Below, piece after piece: positions 38,201 through 47,395 of a DNA stretch of 64,000 nucleotides; position 1 is the stretch's first letter; the number at the start of each line of letters is the position of its first letter. The stretch comes from a virus, in IMG/VR virus record IMGVR_UViG_3300025011_000030, positions 1 to 64,000 of that record; one strand, written 5' to 3'. Both the position numbers and the translations under genes were made by a program. The notes beneath the pieces are model-generated. The model had not been told where the DNA came from. It ran no database searches and was given only the letters and a program-made list of their open reading frames with translations.

Positions 38201-39161
38201 TCGAGTATTAGAATCACGATATGCATTATACCACGGCGACTGTATTGAAGTACTGAAAGGCATCCCAAGTAACTCAGTACACTATTCAATATTTTCACCT
38301 CCATTTGCGAACCTATATACGTACAGTAATAGTGACCGGGATATGGGTAACTGTGTTAATGATGCTCAGTTTGTGCAGCACATGAACTTTTTAGCTCCAG
38401 AAGTTTATCGGGTAATAATGCCGGGTAGGTTGGTTTCAGTACATTGTATGGACTTACCGTTGATGAAATCAAAAGACGGTATGTTAGGTTTAAAAGATTT
38501 CCCGGCTACTCTTAGAGAAATATTCGAAGCTGCAGGCTTTATTTACCACTCAAAAGTTACAATATGGAAAGACCCTGTCGTAGAGATGCAAAGAACAAAG
38601 TCACTCGGTTTATTACACAAGCAGCTCAAGAAAGATAGCTGCCGTAGTCGTCAAGGTACGCCGGATTATATCATAACTTTGTATAAGCCGGGTGACAATC
38701 CGGAACCTGTTACACATACCAATGAAAGTTTCCCTGTCACCATATGGCAGCAGTATGCTAGCCCTGTCTGGATGGATATTCGGCAAGGCGATACGTTACA
38801 GCGACAAAGTGCCCGGGATGAGCACGATGAAATGCACATTTGTCCTCTTCAACTTGAAGTGATACGTCGCTGTATAGCTTTATGGACGAATGAAACTGAC
38901 ATTGTACTAGACCCTTTCAGTGGTATTGGAAGCACAGGACACGAGGCTGTGAAATACGGTCGTAATTACGTGGGGATTGAGTTAAAGACAAGTTATTTCA
39001 AACAGTCTACAGGAAATCTTAAAATGGCTGTTAATGAGTATAACAAGCTGCAGCAAGACCCGTTGAAGTTACTGACTATTTTAGAAGGTTACGAGCAACA
39101 TGTGAATTCTCAATCAACTAAAATATATAAGGTAACTAGAAATCAGCGAACTTTATTTTAA
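38184..39161 (+). CDS. Beta-class amino (N4-C/N6-A) DNA methyltransferase with C-terminal QRTLF motif
   Basis: GDC, FSPPF, HICPLQL, LDPFSGIGST, GIELK. Confidence 0.9.
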   Translation: MTNVIDRVLESRYALYHGDCIEVLKGIPSNSVHYSIFSPPFANLYTYSNSDRDMGNCVNDAQFVQHMNFLAPEVYRVIMPGRLVSVHCMDLPLMKSKDGMLGLKDFPATLREIFEAAGFIYHSKVTIWKDPVVEMQRTKSLGLLHKQLKKDSCRSRQGTPDYIITLYKPGDNPEPVTHTNESFPVTIWQQYASPVWMDIRQGDTLQRQSARDEHDEMHICPLQLEVIRRCIALWTNETDIVLDPFSGIGSTGHEAVKYGRNYVGIELKTSYFKQSTGNLKMAVNEYNKLQQDPLKLLTILEGYEQHVNSQSTKIYKVTRNQRTLF

Positions 39162-39246
39162 CTGTTACTTAAAATAGGCTCTTGTATATTTATATATAAT
39201 ATGCAAGAGCTTTTATTGTTAGCTAAATTATCGGAGGTGACTGTTC

Positions 39247-39420
39247 TTGAACTTCTTCATTGGGATTGGAGTTGGGTTAGTGGCTGGAGTGCTGATAGGT
39301 ATGTTTATTATGGCTGTAACAATAAAGGTTAGAGAGTATGAACTTTGTCCTAGGTGTAAAACACCGTTAGACGACAAAGATGTTTGCACAACTTGCGGTT
39401 ACATTTATTTAGGGAGGTGA
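39247..39420 (+). CDS. Small membrane protein with Zn ribbon
   Basis: GGAGGTGA RBS; TM helix then CPRC...CTTC. Confidence 0.6.
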   Translation: MNFFIGIGVGLVAGVLIGMFIMAVTIKVREYELCPRCKTPLDDKDVCTTCGYIYLGR

Positions 39421-39427
39421 CGTTATA

Positions 39428-39565
39428 ATGGAAGACCGCTGTAAATGTATTAAGTGCGGTGCAATTATGGAGGATACCGATATTGAAGGTGCTTCGCCGG
39501 CCGACGATGTGAACTGGTGCTGTACTTGTCCTGATTGCGAAAATACGTGCGACGATTGTCGTTAA
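39428..39565 (+). CDS. 45-aa Cys-rich protein
   Basis: GGAGGTGA RBS; CKCIKC...CCTCPDC...CDDC. Confidence 0.55.
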   Translation: MEDRCKCIKCGAIMEDTDIEGASPADDVNWCCTCPDCENTCDDCR

Positions 39566-39577
39566 GGAGGTTGAACC

Positions 39578-39784
39578 GTGAGTAATTATCGTACTGCAGC
39601 TAGAAAATTTGTTCAAGCCAGTTACGGAGGTTACTGTAACTTGGTCAGGGCCCAATGTCTTGAGCCTATACCGTTTGTTAAGTTTACTGAAGTATTAAAG
39701 TCACTTTCACATTTGTCTAAAAAAGAACGTAACGTCAAATATATTGAGGTTACTAGAACGGAGGGACATAATGTCAGACGCTGA
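39578..39784 (+). CDS. Hypothetical protein
   Basis: AGGAGG RBS. Confidence 0.55.
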   Translation: MSNYRTAARKFVQASYGGYCNLVRAQCLEPIPFVKFTEVLKSLSHLSKKERNVKYIEVTRTEGHNVRR

Positions 39785-40262
39785 TTGGGATATGGAGTAC
39801 AGCTTGGCCGGGAAGTTAGAGCAGGAGATTAAAGACCTGTGCTTAACGAAAGGTATTAACTGTCCTGAAATCAAACCTTTTGCACGTTCAACAGAACTGC
39901 AGTTAATACTAACAGCTTTAAAGGAAACCGCTCGTCCGAAGCACGATTTCAAAACATCTGAGGACTGCAATTGTACTGAGGCGGGCTGTATGATTTGTGA
40001 TGGTGGGTTAGCTTTATGTAAGGTCTGTGGGTTGTTAGAAGGAGCCTTGACTACAGATTGCCCAGGTCATAAAGTACCGTACTGTATGGGAGAAATGATT
40101 TACGGTGGCCTGTTAGATTACCGGGAAGCTGAAGGTGGTTGGGCAGCAGCGAAAAACCCTACCAATCAAACGTGGGAAAAGGCCCATAAAAGGGAACAGC
40201 TTAGAAGAAACCAATTAGCTAAAGCCCGTGCAATACAGCGAGCCGTGCGAAGAGTTTTATAA
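39771..40262 (+). CDS. Cys-rich hypothetical protein
   Basis: CMICDGGLALCKVCG...LTTDCPG. Confidence 0.65.
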   Translation: MSDADWDMEYSLAGKLEQEIKDLCLTKGINCPEIKPFARSTELQLILTALKETARPKHDFKTSEDCNCTEAGCMICDGGLALCKVCGLLEGALTTDCPGHKVPYCMGEMIYGGLLDYREAEGGWAAAKNPTNQTWEKAHKREQLRRNQLAKARAIQRAVRRVL

Positions 40263-40273
40263 TTAAAAAGGTC

Positions 40274-40302
40274 TTGTATATTATATAATAATATGTTACT
40301 AT
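40274..40302 (+). promoter_or_regulatory. SigA-type promoter with operator
   Basis: TTGTAT-17-TACTAT; TATATTA-N5-TAATATG. Confidence 0.7.
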
Positions 40303-40331
40303 ATAGTTGACTTTGAAAGGAGGTCAATTTA

Positions 40332-40706
40332 GTGCGGTTATGGCATGAGACTCTAATCCCTGTATTGCCGAATAATCAGTTGAGCGGTCAGCACCGGGAA
40401 TGTGCAGCTCTACGAGGTAACGGTTGGGGACGGAAACACAGCACGGTAGACTATGTATTTAAACATGACCCGTTATTATTGTTTGAATATCACCGGAAAG
40501 TGATGGCCGAAATGATAAAAAGAGGATTTAAAGTAGATCCTTTATGGCAGAGTTTTCGATACAGAGGTAAATACTGTGCCGGTTACGTAACTCCTTATTA
40601 CGGGCCGTTGATGGATTATCCAATTTATCCCGAGCATAACGACAGTTATTTAACCGAGTGCATTGAGAACTTGAAGAATAAAGGAATTGCTGTTGTTTTG
40701 CAGTAA
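40332..40706 (+). CDS. Pyrimidine-dimer glycosylase (DenV)-like / TIGR02328-type protein
   Basis: MRLWHETLIPVLP..QL.GQHRECAALRGNGWG.KH. Confidence 0.78.
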   Translation: MRLWHETLIPVLPNNQLSGQHRECAALRGNGWGRKHSTVDYVFKHDPLLLFEYHRKVMAEMIKRGFKVDPLWQSFRYRGKYCAGYVTPYYGPLMDYPIYPEHNDSYLTECIENLKNKGIAVVLQ

Positions 40707-40758
40707 ACAGAACCTGTACGACGGGTAAACGTTTAATTGGAGAGGAGGTCAAAGGTAG

Positions 40759-40980
40759 TTGGTAAAGGAAGTAAAAACTTATTCAGCTGTCGCCTTAAAC
40801 GGGCGACAGTTTACCCACAAAAGTAAGCGCTACTATACTCATGTAGTCGTTGTCAGCGATAACGGTGATCAGTGGGCCGAACGTTATTGTACTAAACAGT
40901 ACACAGCTGAACGTGAGGCTGTTAGGTGCCGAAAGGAATACGAGAATGTTGAGGTAATAGAACTGCGAATTATTAGTTAG
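40759..40980 (+). CDS. Hypothetical protein
   Basis: GAGGAGG RBS. Confidence 0.55.
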   Translation: MVKEVKTYSAVALNGRQFTHKSKRYYTHVVVVSDNGDQWAERYCTKQYTAEREAVRCRKEYENVEVIELRIIS

Positions 40981-40993
40981 GAGGAACTGGGTT

Positions 40994-41104
40994 ATGTACT
41001 ACGAAAATATTTACTGTCACCTGTGCGGTCAGTTAGTATGTCAAACCTGCGGGTGCTGTGCTAATCCCGGCTGCGAAATTTGTAGTTGTCCGGGAGGTGA
41101 ATGA
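40994..41104 (+). CDS. 36-aa protein with 9 Cys
   Basis: MYYENIYCHLCGQLVCQTCGCCANPGCEICSCPGGE; GGAGG RBS; ATGA overlap with next ORF. Confidence 0.55.
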   Translation: MYYENIYCHLCGQLVCQTCGCCANPGCEICSCPGGE

Positions 41105-41280
41105 CGTTGAGTAAACAGGTGCAAAGTAGTTTAGAAGCTTTAATTTTATACGTCGGTAGTATAACTGATCGTAAACGCCGCAACAAGCTGGCTGAGGCTC
41201 TGTACGTGTTTGTAGAGAATATGCATCAAACCCATAAAAGTTTTTGTAACGAGGTTGATTTATTATTTAAACGGAGGTGA
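41101..41280 (+). CDS. 59-aa hypothetical protein
   Basis: Open frame between two GGAGGTGA sites. Confidence 0.5.
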   Translation: MTLSKQVQSSLEALILYVGSITDRKRRNKLAEALYVFVENMHQTHKSFCNEVDLLFKRR

Positions 41281-41298
41281 TTATTAACGGCAGTTGCA

Positions 41299-41562
41299 TT
41301 GTTCTTTCCGGGTATGTTTGTTGTTCATACAGAGAATACAGGTATAAAAATCCCACCTGACCCCAATAACTACGAAAAGCACGAATACCCTCATTGGGCA
41401 GTGTTTATAACTATTCACTGTGGTCATGCTTTTGATTATACAGTGTTGGAGGAAAATGCTAGAATTATTGCCAGTATACCTGACGATAAAATTAAGGAAA
41501 TAACTTTAGACGATTTAAAGGAGCTGGGTTGTGACGTAGAACCCAACATGACTTGGGACTGA
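41299..41562 (+). CDS. Hypothetical protein
   Basis: ORF track; co-oriented with neighbours. Confidence 0.55.
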   Translation: MFFPGMFVVHTENTGIKIPPDPNNYEKHEYPHWAVFITIHCGHAFDYTVLEENARIIASIPDDKIKEITLDDLKELGCDVEPNMTWD

Positions 41563-41595
41563 ACTACTTTTAGACAAATTGGAGGTTGACTATTT

Positions 41596-42144
41596 ATGTG
41601 CGAGTATTGTACTGAGCCATCAGGTACTAGCCGAACAGAGTTTGCCGGTGGCGATGGAATTATGTATAACGAAAACGACGGTAAACATTATCTTGTTATA
41701 GAGCACTTTAGACGTGAAATTAACCAGCTAGAAATTAGCCATTGTCCTCAGTGTGGTCGGAAGTTAGATAGTACAGAAGCGCCGGTAAACGTTGCTTCGG
41801 TTACTGTAAAGGAAAACCTTGAAATTATAAAAGAAATTATGTTGAATCAAATACGTGCACTACAAAAACGCTTTGGGTTACCTTCATTAAATTCTCCCAT
41901 ACAAACATTAACTTCCAGGTATGTGCTTGAAGACGTACCTTCAGTAAGTACCGAAAAAGTGTTCAAGTGTTACGGTTGCGGAGGTATGGAGTTTCACGAG
42001 GATGGATTGCAGGTAAACATATTAAATTCAAAGGTTGAAGTTAGTTTAGCCAGTAACTTTGCAAGTTCAAACCAACTTAAAGTTTTGATTTGTAACGGTT
42101 GTGGGCATGTTAATTTATTTTGTAAGAACGCGACTTTAGGTTAA
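41596..42144 (+). CDS. Protein with two Zn-ribbon regions
   Basis: MCEYC...CPQCGRKL; CYGCGG...CNGCG. Confidence 0.65.
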   Translation: MCEYCTEPSGTSRTEFAGGDGIMYNENDGKHYLVIEHFRREINQLEISHCPQCGRKLDSTEAPVNVASVTVKENLEIIKEIMLNQIRALQKRFGLPSLNSPIQTLTSRYVLEDVPSVSTEKVFKCYGCGGMEFHEDGLQVNILNSKVEVSLASNFASSNQLKVLICNGCGHVNLFCKNATLG

Positions 42145-42159
42145 TCAACGAACGGAGGT

Positions 42160-42801
42160 ATGGTAGAGGTGAGTGAACAAAATACCGTAAAAGTAACCAG
42201 TTTACCGAAATGTGACTTCTGTACTAAATTGGCTAACTATGACGGCGCTACAAAGCAGGGCCCTTGGGCTTATATGTGCGATAAGCATTTTAACCAGTAC
42301 GGTAAGGGGTTAGGAATGGGAGTTGGGCAACGATTAATATTATTAGGTCAACATTATACTGAAGAGGAGTTAGATGCCTTAGAAGTTGAATGTTCGCAAT
42401 GTACTGTCGAAACTAACGTTATTTGTCACGGTTGCGGTGAATGCGAAAGTTATGTTGAGTCGCCGTTTCTAAAATTCAAAAATAAAATCTTAGCTATGAA
42501 ACCTGGGCCGGAGTTAGACGCCTTAGTAGTTGCTAAAGTTATGCCGGATGTGTCTTTTAAACAATACTCAACTATTTCTAGTATACCGTATTCAGTTGAT
42601 ATAACTGCTGCGCATGAAATAGCCCTTAAGTTGAACTATAAACTTATCCTCACTAAAGTAGATAGTGAAATATGGTTAGCCGAATTCGGTGAATACAATA
42701 GGAATTTCAGTACAGGTCAAATTATAGGTAAGACAGGTGCCGAGGCTATATGTAAAGCCGCGTTGATCATGTGCGAAATGAAAAGATTGCAGCTGAATTA
42801 A
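42160..42801 (+). CDS. Zn-finger plus phage ABA-sandwich-like protein
   Basis: CDFC...MCDKH; GPELDALVV.KVM...YSVDITAA...AEAICKAAL. Confidence 0.6.
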   Translation: MVEVSEQNTVKVTSLPKCDFCTKLANYDGATKQGPWAYMCDKHFNQYGKGLGMGVGQRLILLGQHYTEEELDALEVECSQCTVETNVICHGCGECESYVESPFLKFKNKILAMKPGPELDALVVAKVMPDVSFKQYSTISSIPYSVDITAAHEIALKLNYKLILTKVDSEIWLAEFGEYNRNFSTGQIIGKTGAEAICKAALIMCEMKRLQLN

Positions 42802-42803
42802 GA

Positions 42804-43140
42804 ATGGAAAGGATAACCGTACATCAACTAATAGAACTATCACCAGGGCAAACAAAAAAAACTTCGGGAATTATGGGAACCTAAACTATACGATGTTTAT
42901 ACGTTTGGTTATGGTATGTTCCTCTTCCAATTGTCGAGACCCGAAGGTTTCAACAAAAACGAAGCGTTACCTCTTTTGTCAACAGGTCAGATGTTTAAGT
43001 TACTGGAGTGTAAGTCCGTTGAATTGAACTACAGTACTGAGTCACATCCCGTTATTTGTTTAAACGACGGCACCCAATTTAGTGCGCTCGTTCTTGTAGA
43101 CGCTCTTTGGTTAGCCGTGAAGTATGTAATAGGTAGTTGA
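42804..43140 (+). pseudogene. Hypothetical protein frameshifted in an A8 run (42854-42861)
   Basis: RITVHQLIELSPGQ joins LRELWEP...LPLLSTGQM if one A is removed. Confidence 0.55.
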
Positions 43141-43252
43141 CTTTGGAAGGATTAAACGATGGCGATTTTGTTGAACTACCTGTCAACTTTCCATTGAGGA
43201 AATTGATCAAAAGCCACTTACCAGGAAACTAAATAAGTGAGGAAATAAAACA

Positions 43253-43513
43253 ATGCATGAACTTATAAATTTTATAAAAACTAAAGTTGAATATTCAGAA
43301 CATTTTGTTAATGTGAATAAAATTATTGCCATGGCTGCTTACGAGCAGTACGGGATAATGCACATAGCGCATATTAACTGTTTTAGCTTAAAAGTTTTTA
43401 AACAATTTAGAAACAATTATCCTCGATCAGAGATTAGATTAATAGTGTCGTACGAGGATAACGAAGACATAGACATAGACATAGACATATATACTATACC
43501 TACAGCTAGTTAG
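43253..43513 (+). CDS. Hypothetical protein containing a (GACATA)4 repeat at 43466-43489
   Basis: ORF track; terminator follows. Confidence 0.45.
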   Translation: MHELINFIKTKVEYSEHFVNVNKIIAMAAYEQYGIMHIAHINCFSLKVFKQFRNNYPRSEIRLIVSYEDNEDIDIDIDIYTIPTAS

Positions 43514-43568
43514 CCGCCTCAGGGCGGTTTTTTTAACTTTTAACCAGGTAGACAAACAAAAACAACTC

Positions 43569-43604
43569 TTGTCTATTTTCTAAATGTATTATATAATAAT
43601 ACAT
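43569..43604 (+). promoter_or_regulatory. SigA-type promoter with operator variant
   Basis: TTGTCT-17-TATAAT; ATGTATTA-N5-TAATACAT. Confidence 0.7.
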
Positions 43605-43639
43605 GCAAGACAAATTAAATTAACAGGAGGTCAAACTTA

Positions 43640-43951
43640 ATGGCACAGTTACATCACGTGAGTTTTGTTGTAAGTACTGGTTGGGTGAAAGAGAACGACG
43701 AGGAAGTTTATTACGTATTACGTGACATGATGAACGATTTTGCAGAAGACGAAGGAAATGCCTGCACTGAGGAAGAACTGGTTGATTTTGAAGCCGGAAA
43801 TTGGTTGGTTGAATACCTGTTTCGCGACGGCGAAGTTATGTACACAGCAGGCCGGGATGGGCAGATGTTAGCTAATCAGCCTCACTGGTCAAGTGATAAA
43901 ATCCAGGATATTGAACCGGAGAAAATTGAGTTGTATAAAAGCCTAATATAG
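43640..43951 (+). CDS. Acidic hypothetical protein
   Basis: AGGAGGTCAAA RBS. Confidence 0.7.
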   Translation: MAQLHHVSFVVSTGWVKENDEEVYYVLRDMMNDFAEDEGNACTEEELVDFEAGNWLVEYLFRDGEVMYTAGRDGQMLANQPHWSSDKIQDIEPEKIELYKSLI

Positions 43952-44335
43952 TACAGAACAACAAGGGGCTTAGTCCCCTGCCGAGCGTCCAAGAGGGCGT
44001 TGGGTAGAGGATTAAAAAAAGAATTTTAATGACGAAGGAGGTCAAAACAAATGACATTAGAATTTAAAAAACACATCGCTAAAGAATTAAAAAAAAGTAA
44101 GTGGGATTTACGTGCCGGCTAATAAGGTTGAAGAGTATCATGTTATACTGTTAGAGCAACGTAAAATGGGTAAATAAATACATCGAAGCACCCACCAAAA
44201 GGGTGCTTTTTTTAAATTTGTCGAAAATTGTGCCGGCGAGACTAAAAAATCACTTGTCTAACTCAATCACTAAAGAGTATATTAACCTCTAAGTAATATA
44301 ACAGTACTCGTTTAAAATAAAGAGGGTAGAGAGCA

Positions 44336-45241
44336 ATGGAAGCAGGAAGCGCGAAAAGAGACCAGGCTTTTGAACTATTCAAAAAACATAACGGCAATAT
44401 AACTAATCAGCAAATAGCCGACATAGTAGGGGTTAAGCGAGCCACAGTATGCGGTTGGCGATATAAATTCCAATGGAACGAAAAACTAAACATAACAACA
44501 AAACAATATAAGGCAAATGAGCCACTAATAAATATAGACCCGGATGACATACCTATAGGTACTAATAACTTGAACGAGAAACAAAGATTATTTTGCCTTT
44601 ATTATGTTAAAAGCTTTAATGCTACCCAAGCAGCTATTAGAGCTGGGTACTCTAGGAACTCAGCTTACACAATAGGACATGACCTCTTAGGAAAACCCAG
44701 AATCATTTCCTGTATTCGTGAAATAAAAAGTAAAATGCGTAAAGAGGTATTCGTAGATAGTACAGATGTGTTAGATAAACATTGTAAAATAGCTTTCGCC
44801 GACATGACTGATTTTGTTGAGTTTGGGCAAAAGGCCGACCCAGTACCACCTGACCAGTCACCCGGCACTAATACGCCGCCTCAGGTCAGTAACTACGTGC
44901 ATTTGAAGTCAAGTGATGAAGTTGACGGTTCGCTGATTCAAAGTATAAAAGTAGGTAAAGACGGTGCTGTGACTGTTAAGCTACAAGACAAGTCTAAGTC
45001 GCTGGATACTTTAACAAGGTATATGGATTTAACACCTGATAGGCATAAGCGGCACATTGAGGAAGAAAAACTCGCACTCTCAAAAGAGCAGTTTGCATTA
45101 ACTAAACTGAAGGTAATGAAAGAGTTACAGCTCGCCAACGAGCCTGCTCGTGATGCGAGTAATATGACTGATGAAGAACGGAGGGCGAGAATAGATGCCC
45201 TTATCGCCAGAAGAAGAGCTGGAGCTGCAGCAACTTCTTGA
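44336..45241 (+). CDS. terS: Terminase small subunit
   Basis: N-terminal HTH; LNEKQRLFCLYY...NATQAAIRAGYS; IAFAD; directly upstream of terL. Confidence 0.92.
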   Translation: MEAGSAKRDQAFELFKKHNGNITNQQIADIVGVKRATVCGWRYKFQWNEKLNITTKQYKANEPLINIDPDDIPIGTNNLNEKQRLFCLYYVKSFNATQAAIRAGYSRNSAYTIGHDLLGKPRIISCIREIKSKMRKEVFVDSTDVLDKHCKIAFADMTDFVEFGQKADPVPPDQSPGTNTPPQVSNYVHLKSSDEVDGSLIQSIKVGKDGAVTVKLQDKSKSLDTLTRYMDLTPDRHKRHIEEEKLALSKEQFALTKLKVMKELQLANEPARDASNMTDEERRARIDALIARRRAGAAATS

Positions 45242-46760
45242 AGAAGAAGCTCAGCATATGGGCCGGCAATGTTTACTTGACTTTACCTTATATACATACC
45301 TGGCCTACGAGGTTAATTGGCATCATGAGGTACTGTGCGATTATTTAGATAAGTTTGTTTCCGGCGAGGTTAAACGCCTTATGATATTCTTACCTCCCAG
45401 GAACGGCAAAAGTGAGCTTGTTTCTCGGCGATTACCGGCATATATACTGGGCAAAGACCCGGATGCAAGTATTATAGCCACTAGCTATACAGCCGATTTG
45501 TCTAGTATGATGAACAGGGATGTGCAACGTATACTGGACAGCAATGATTATTCTAATTTATTCCCGGAAACTCGGTTATTTGGGTCAAACGTTAGGACGG
45601 TTGCTAAGGGTAGTTATTTAAGAAACTCGGACATTTTTGAGGTAGTAGGCCATAAAGGCGTTTATAAAAGCGCAGGTGTAGGTGGGGCTATTACTGGTAT
45701 GGGCTGTAAGTACGGTATTATAGACGACCCTATTAAAAACAGGGCTGAAGCCGAGTCAATCACTTACCGTAACGCACTTTGGGCCTGGTATACGTCAACA
45801 TTCTACACCAGGCTCGAGAAGGATGCTCGAGTACTAATAACCTTAACTCGCTGGCACGAGGATGATTTAGCTGGTAGGCTTTTAAAGTTAGCTCACGAAA
45901 ACCCTGACGCCGACCAGTGGGAAGTGATAACATTCCCGGCGTTAGCTGAAGAAATTAAGCATTCAGCCGACATAAGACAAACAGGTGAGGCATTATGGCC
46001 GGGTAAATACCCACTGAAAGAGCTCAGTACAATGAAGGCGACAATGGGTAGTTACGAGTGGAATGCCTTAATGCAGCAGCGGCCCAGCTCTGTTGGAGGT
46101 AACATCATACAAAGACAGTGGTGGAAGTATTGGCACTTCAGGGGTCAGAACTTACCTCCGGTCACCGTTAAAACACCTGACGGCGAGTACATTTTAATTG
46201 ATTCTGAAGAGCTGCCACTTAGTTTTGACGAGTTAATACAGTCTTGGGATATGGCCTTCAAAGATACTAAAGCCAGTGCCTATGTAGTAGGGCAGGTTTG
46301 GGCTCGCAGTAAAGCCCGTAAGTACTTACTTGACCAACTCCGAGATAAGATGGACTTTGTTAAAACCATACAGGCGGTTAAAACCCTAACAACTAAATGG
46401 CCTAAAGCTGTGGGTAAACTTGTAGAGGATAAAGCCAACGGGCCTGCCGTTATATCGGCCTTAAAGCGCGATGTACAAGGTTTAATTGAGGTACAGCCTG
46501 ACGGTACTAAAGAGGCTAGAGCGTTTGCTGTATCGCCTCAAATCGAGGCCGGCAACGTGTATTTACCGCACCCAATGATATTTAACTGGGTAGGCGATTT
46601 TCTAGAAGAGGTTACAAATTTTCCTAACAGTGTATACAAAGATCAGGTTGATGCAATGACCCAGGCATTAAGTCGCTTGGGTAAAAATACTACTCCGGCA
46701 AAAGATGCACTGGCCGGCGTAAATAACCCGCGTAGTAGGGCTTCACAGATGCATTGGTAA
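45195..46760 (+). CDS. terL: Terminase large subunit
   Basis: PPRNGKS, IIDDPIK, TRWHEDDLAG, SWDMAFK, VEDKANG, DQVDAMTQA. Confidence 0.96.
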   Translation: MPLSPEEELELQQLLEEEAQHMGRQCLLDFTLYTYLAYEVNWHHEVLCDYLDKFVSGEVKRLMIFLPPRNGKSELVSRRLPAYILGKDPDASIIATSYTADLSSMMNRDVQRILDSNDYSNLFPETRLFGSNVRTVAKGSYLRNSDIFEVVGHKGVYKSAGVGGAITGMGCKYGIIDDPIKNRAEAESITYRNALWAWYTSTFYTRLEKDARVLITLTRWHEDDLAGRLLKLAHENPDADQWEVITFPALAEEIKHSADIRQTGEALWPGKYPLKELSTMKATMGSYEWNALMQQRPSSVGGNIIQRQWWKYWHFRGQNLPPVTVKTPDGEYILIDSEELPLSFDELIQSWDMAFKDTKASAYVVGQVWARSKARKYLLDQLRDKMDFVKTIQAVKTLTTKWPKAVGKLVEDKANGPAVISALKRDVQGLIEVQPDGTKEARAFAVSPQIEAGNVYLPHPMIFNWVGDFLEEVTNFPNSVYKDQVDAMTQALSRLGKNTTPAKDALAGVNNPRSRASQMHW

Positions 46761-47028
46761 ACTTACTATAAATGCAAAAGTTCCTATTTGTTTAAATATT
46801 GGAGTTGGTTGAAATAGCTAAATACGTTATTGATGGTATATTATTTCAACATAAATTTGGAATTATCCCTTACCCTGAACAGCAAAGTAACGATACTGCC
46901 GACAACAAAAACGCCTCAGCTGACATGGAGATCTATAAAACATTTCACCACAGTGCATTAATGGCCTGTGGTGGAGGCGGTGGTGGTGGAGGTGGTAGCT
47001 AGCTGTTAACGAGTACTAATAGCTTATA

Positions 47029-47335
47029 AGTTCCTATTCGTTTATAGTAGTCTAGTGCTTAAAATGGCTAAGGTGTAGGTTTTACCCCGGGTAAAACATT
47101 GCACAAAACAGGTTTTAACCTGTTTTTGCTGTAGGAACGACGAAATCTTGCATTGAAAACGGTCGTTCCATGTAGGAACTACATACGAATTAGACCATTT
47201 CCTTAGGAAATATACCGATAATTATACGAGTTCCTTAGGAAATATATAGCATAAACAAGTGAGTTTCCTGTGTTCCTGCACAAAAAGTAGCCCTTTTTAT
47301 TAGGTTGGTGTTTTACCCGGGGTAAATACCATACT
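47029..47335. repeat. Non-coding cluster of palindromes
   Basis: TTTTACCC(C/G)GGGTAAA x2, TTCCTTAGGAA x2, several GTTCC/GGAAC half-sites. Confidence 0.7.
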
Positions 47336-47395
47336 TTTGCTGGTTTAATATTAAACGTTACTTTAGAATATGAAATGACAAGGGAGGTCACTACA

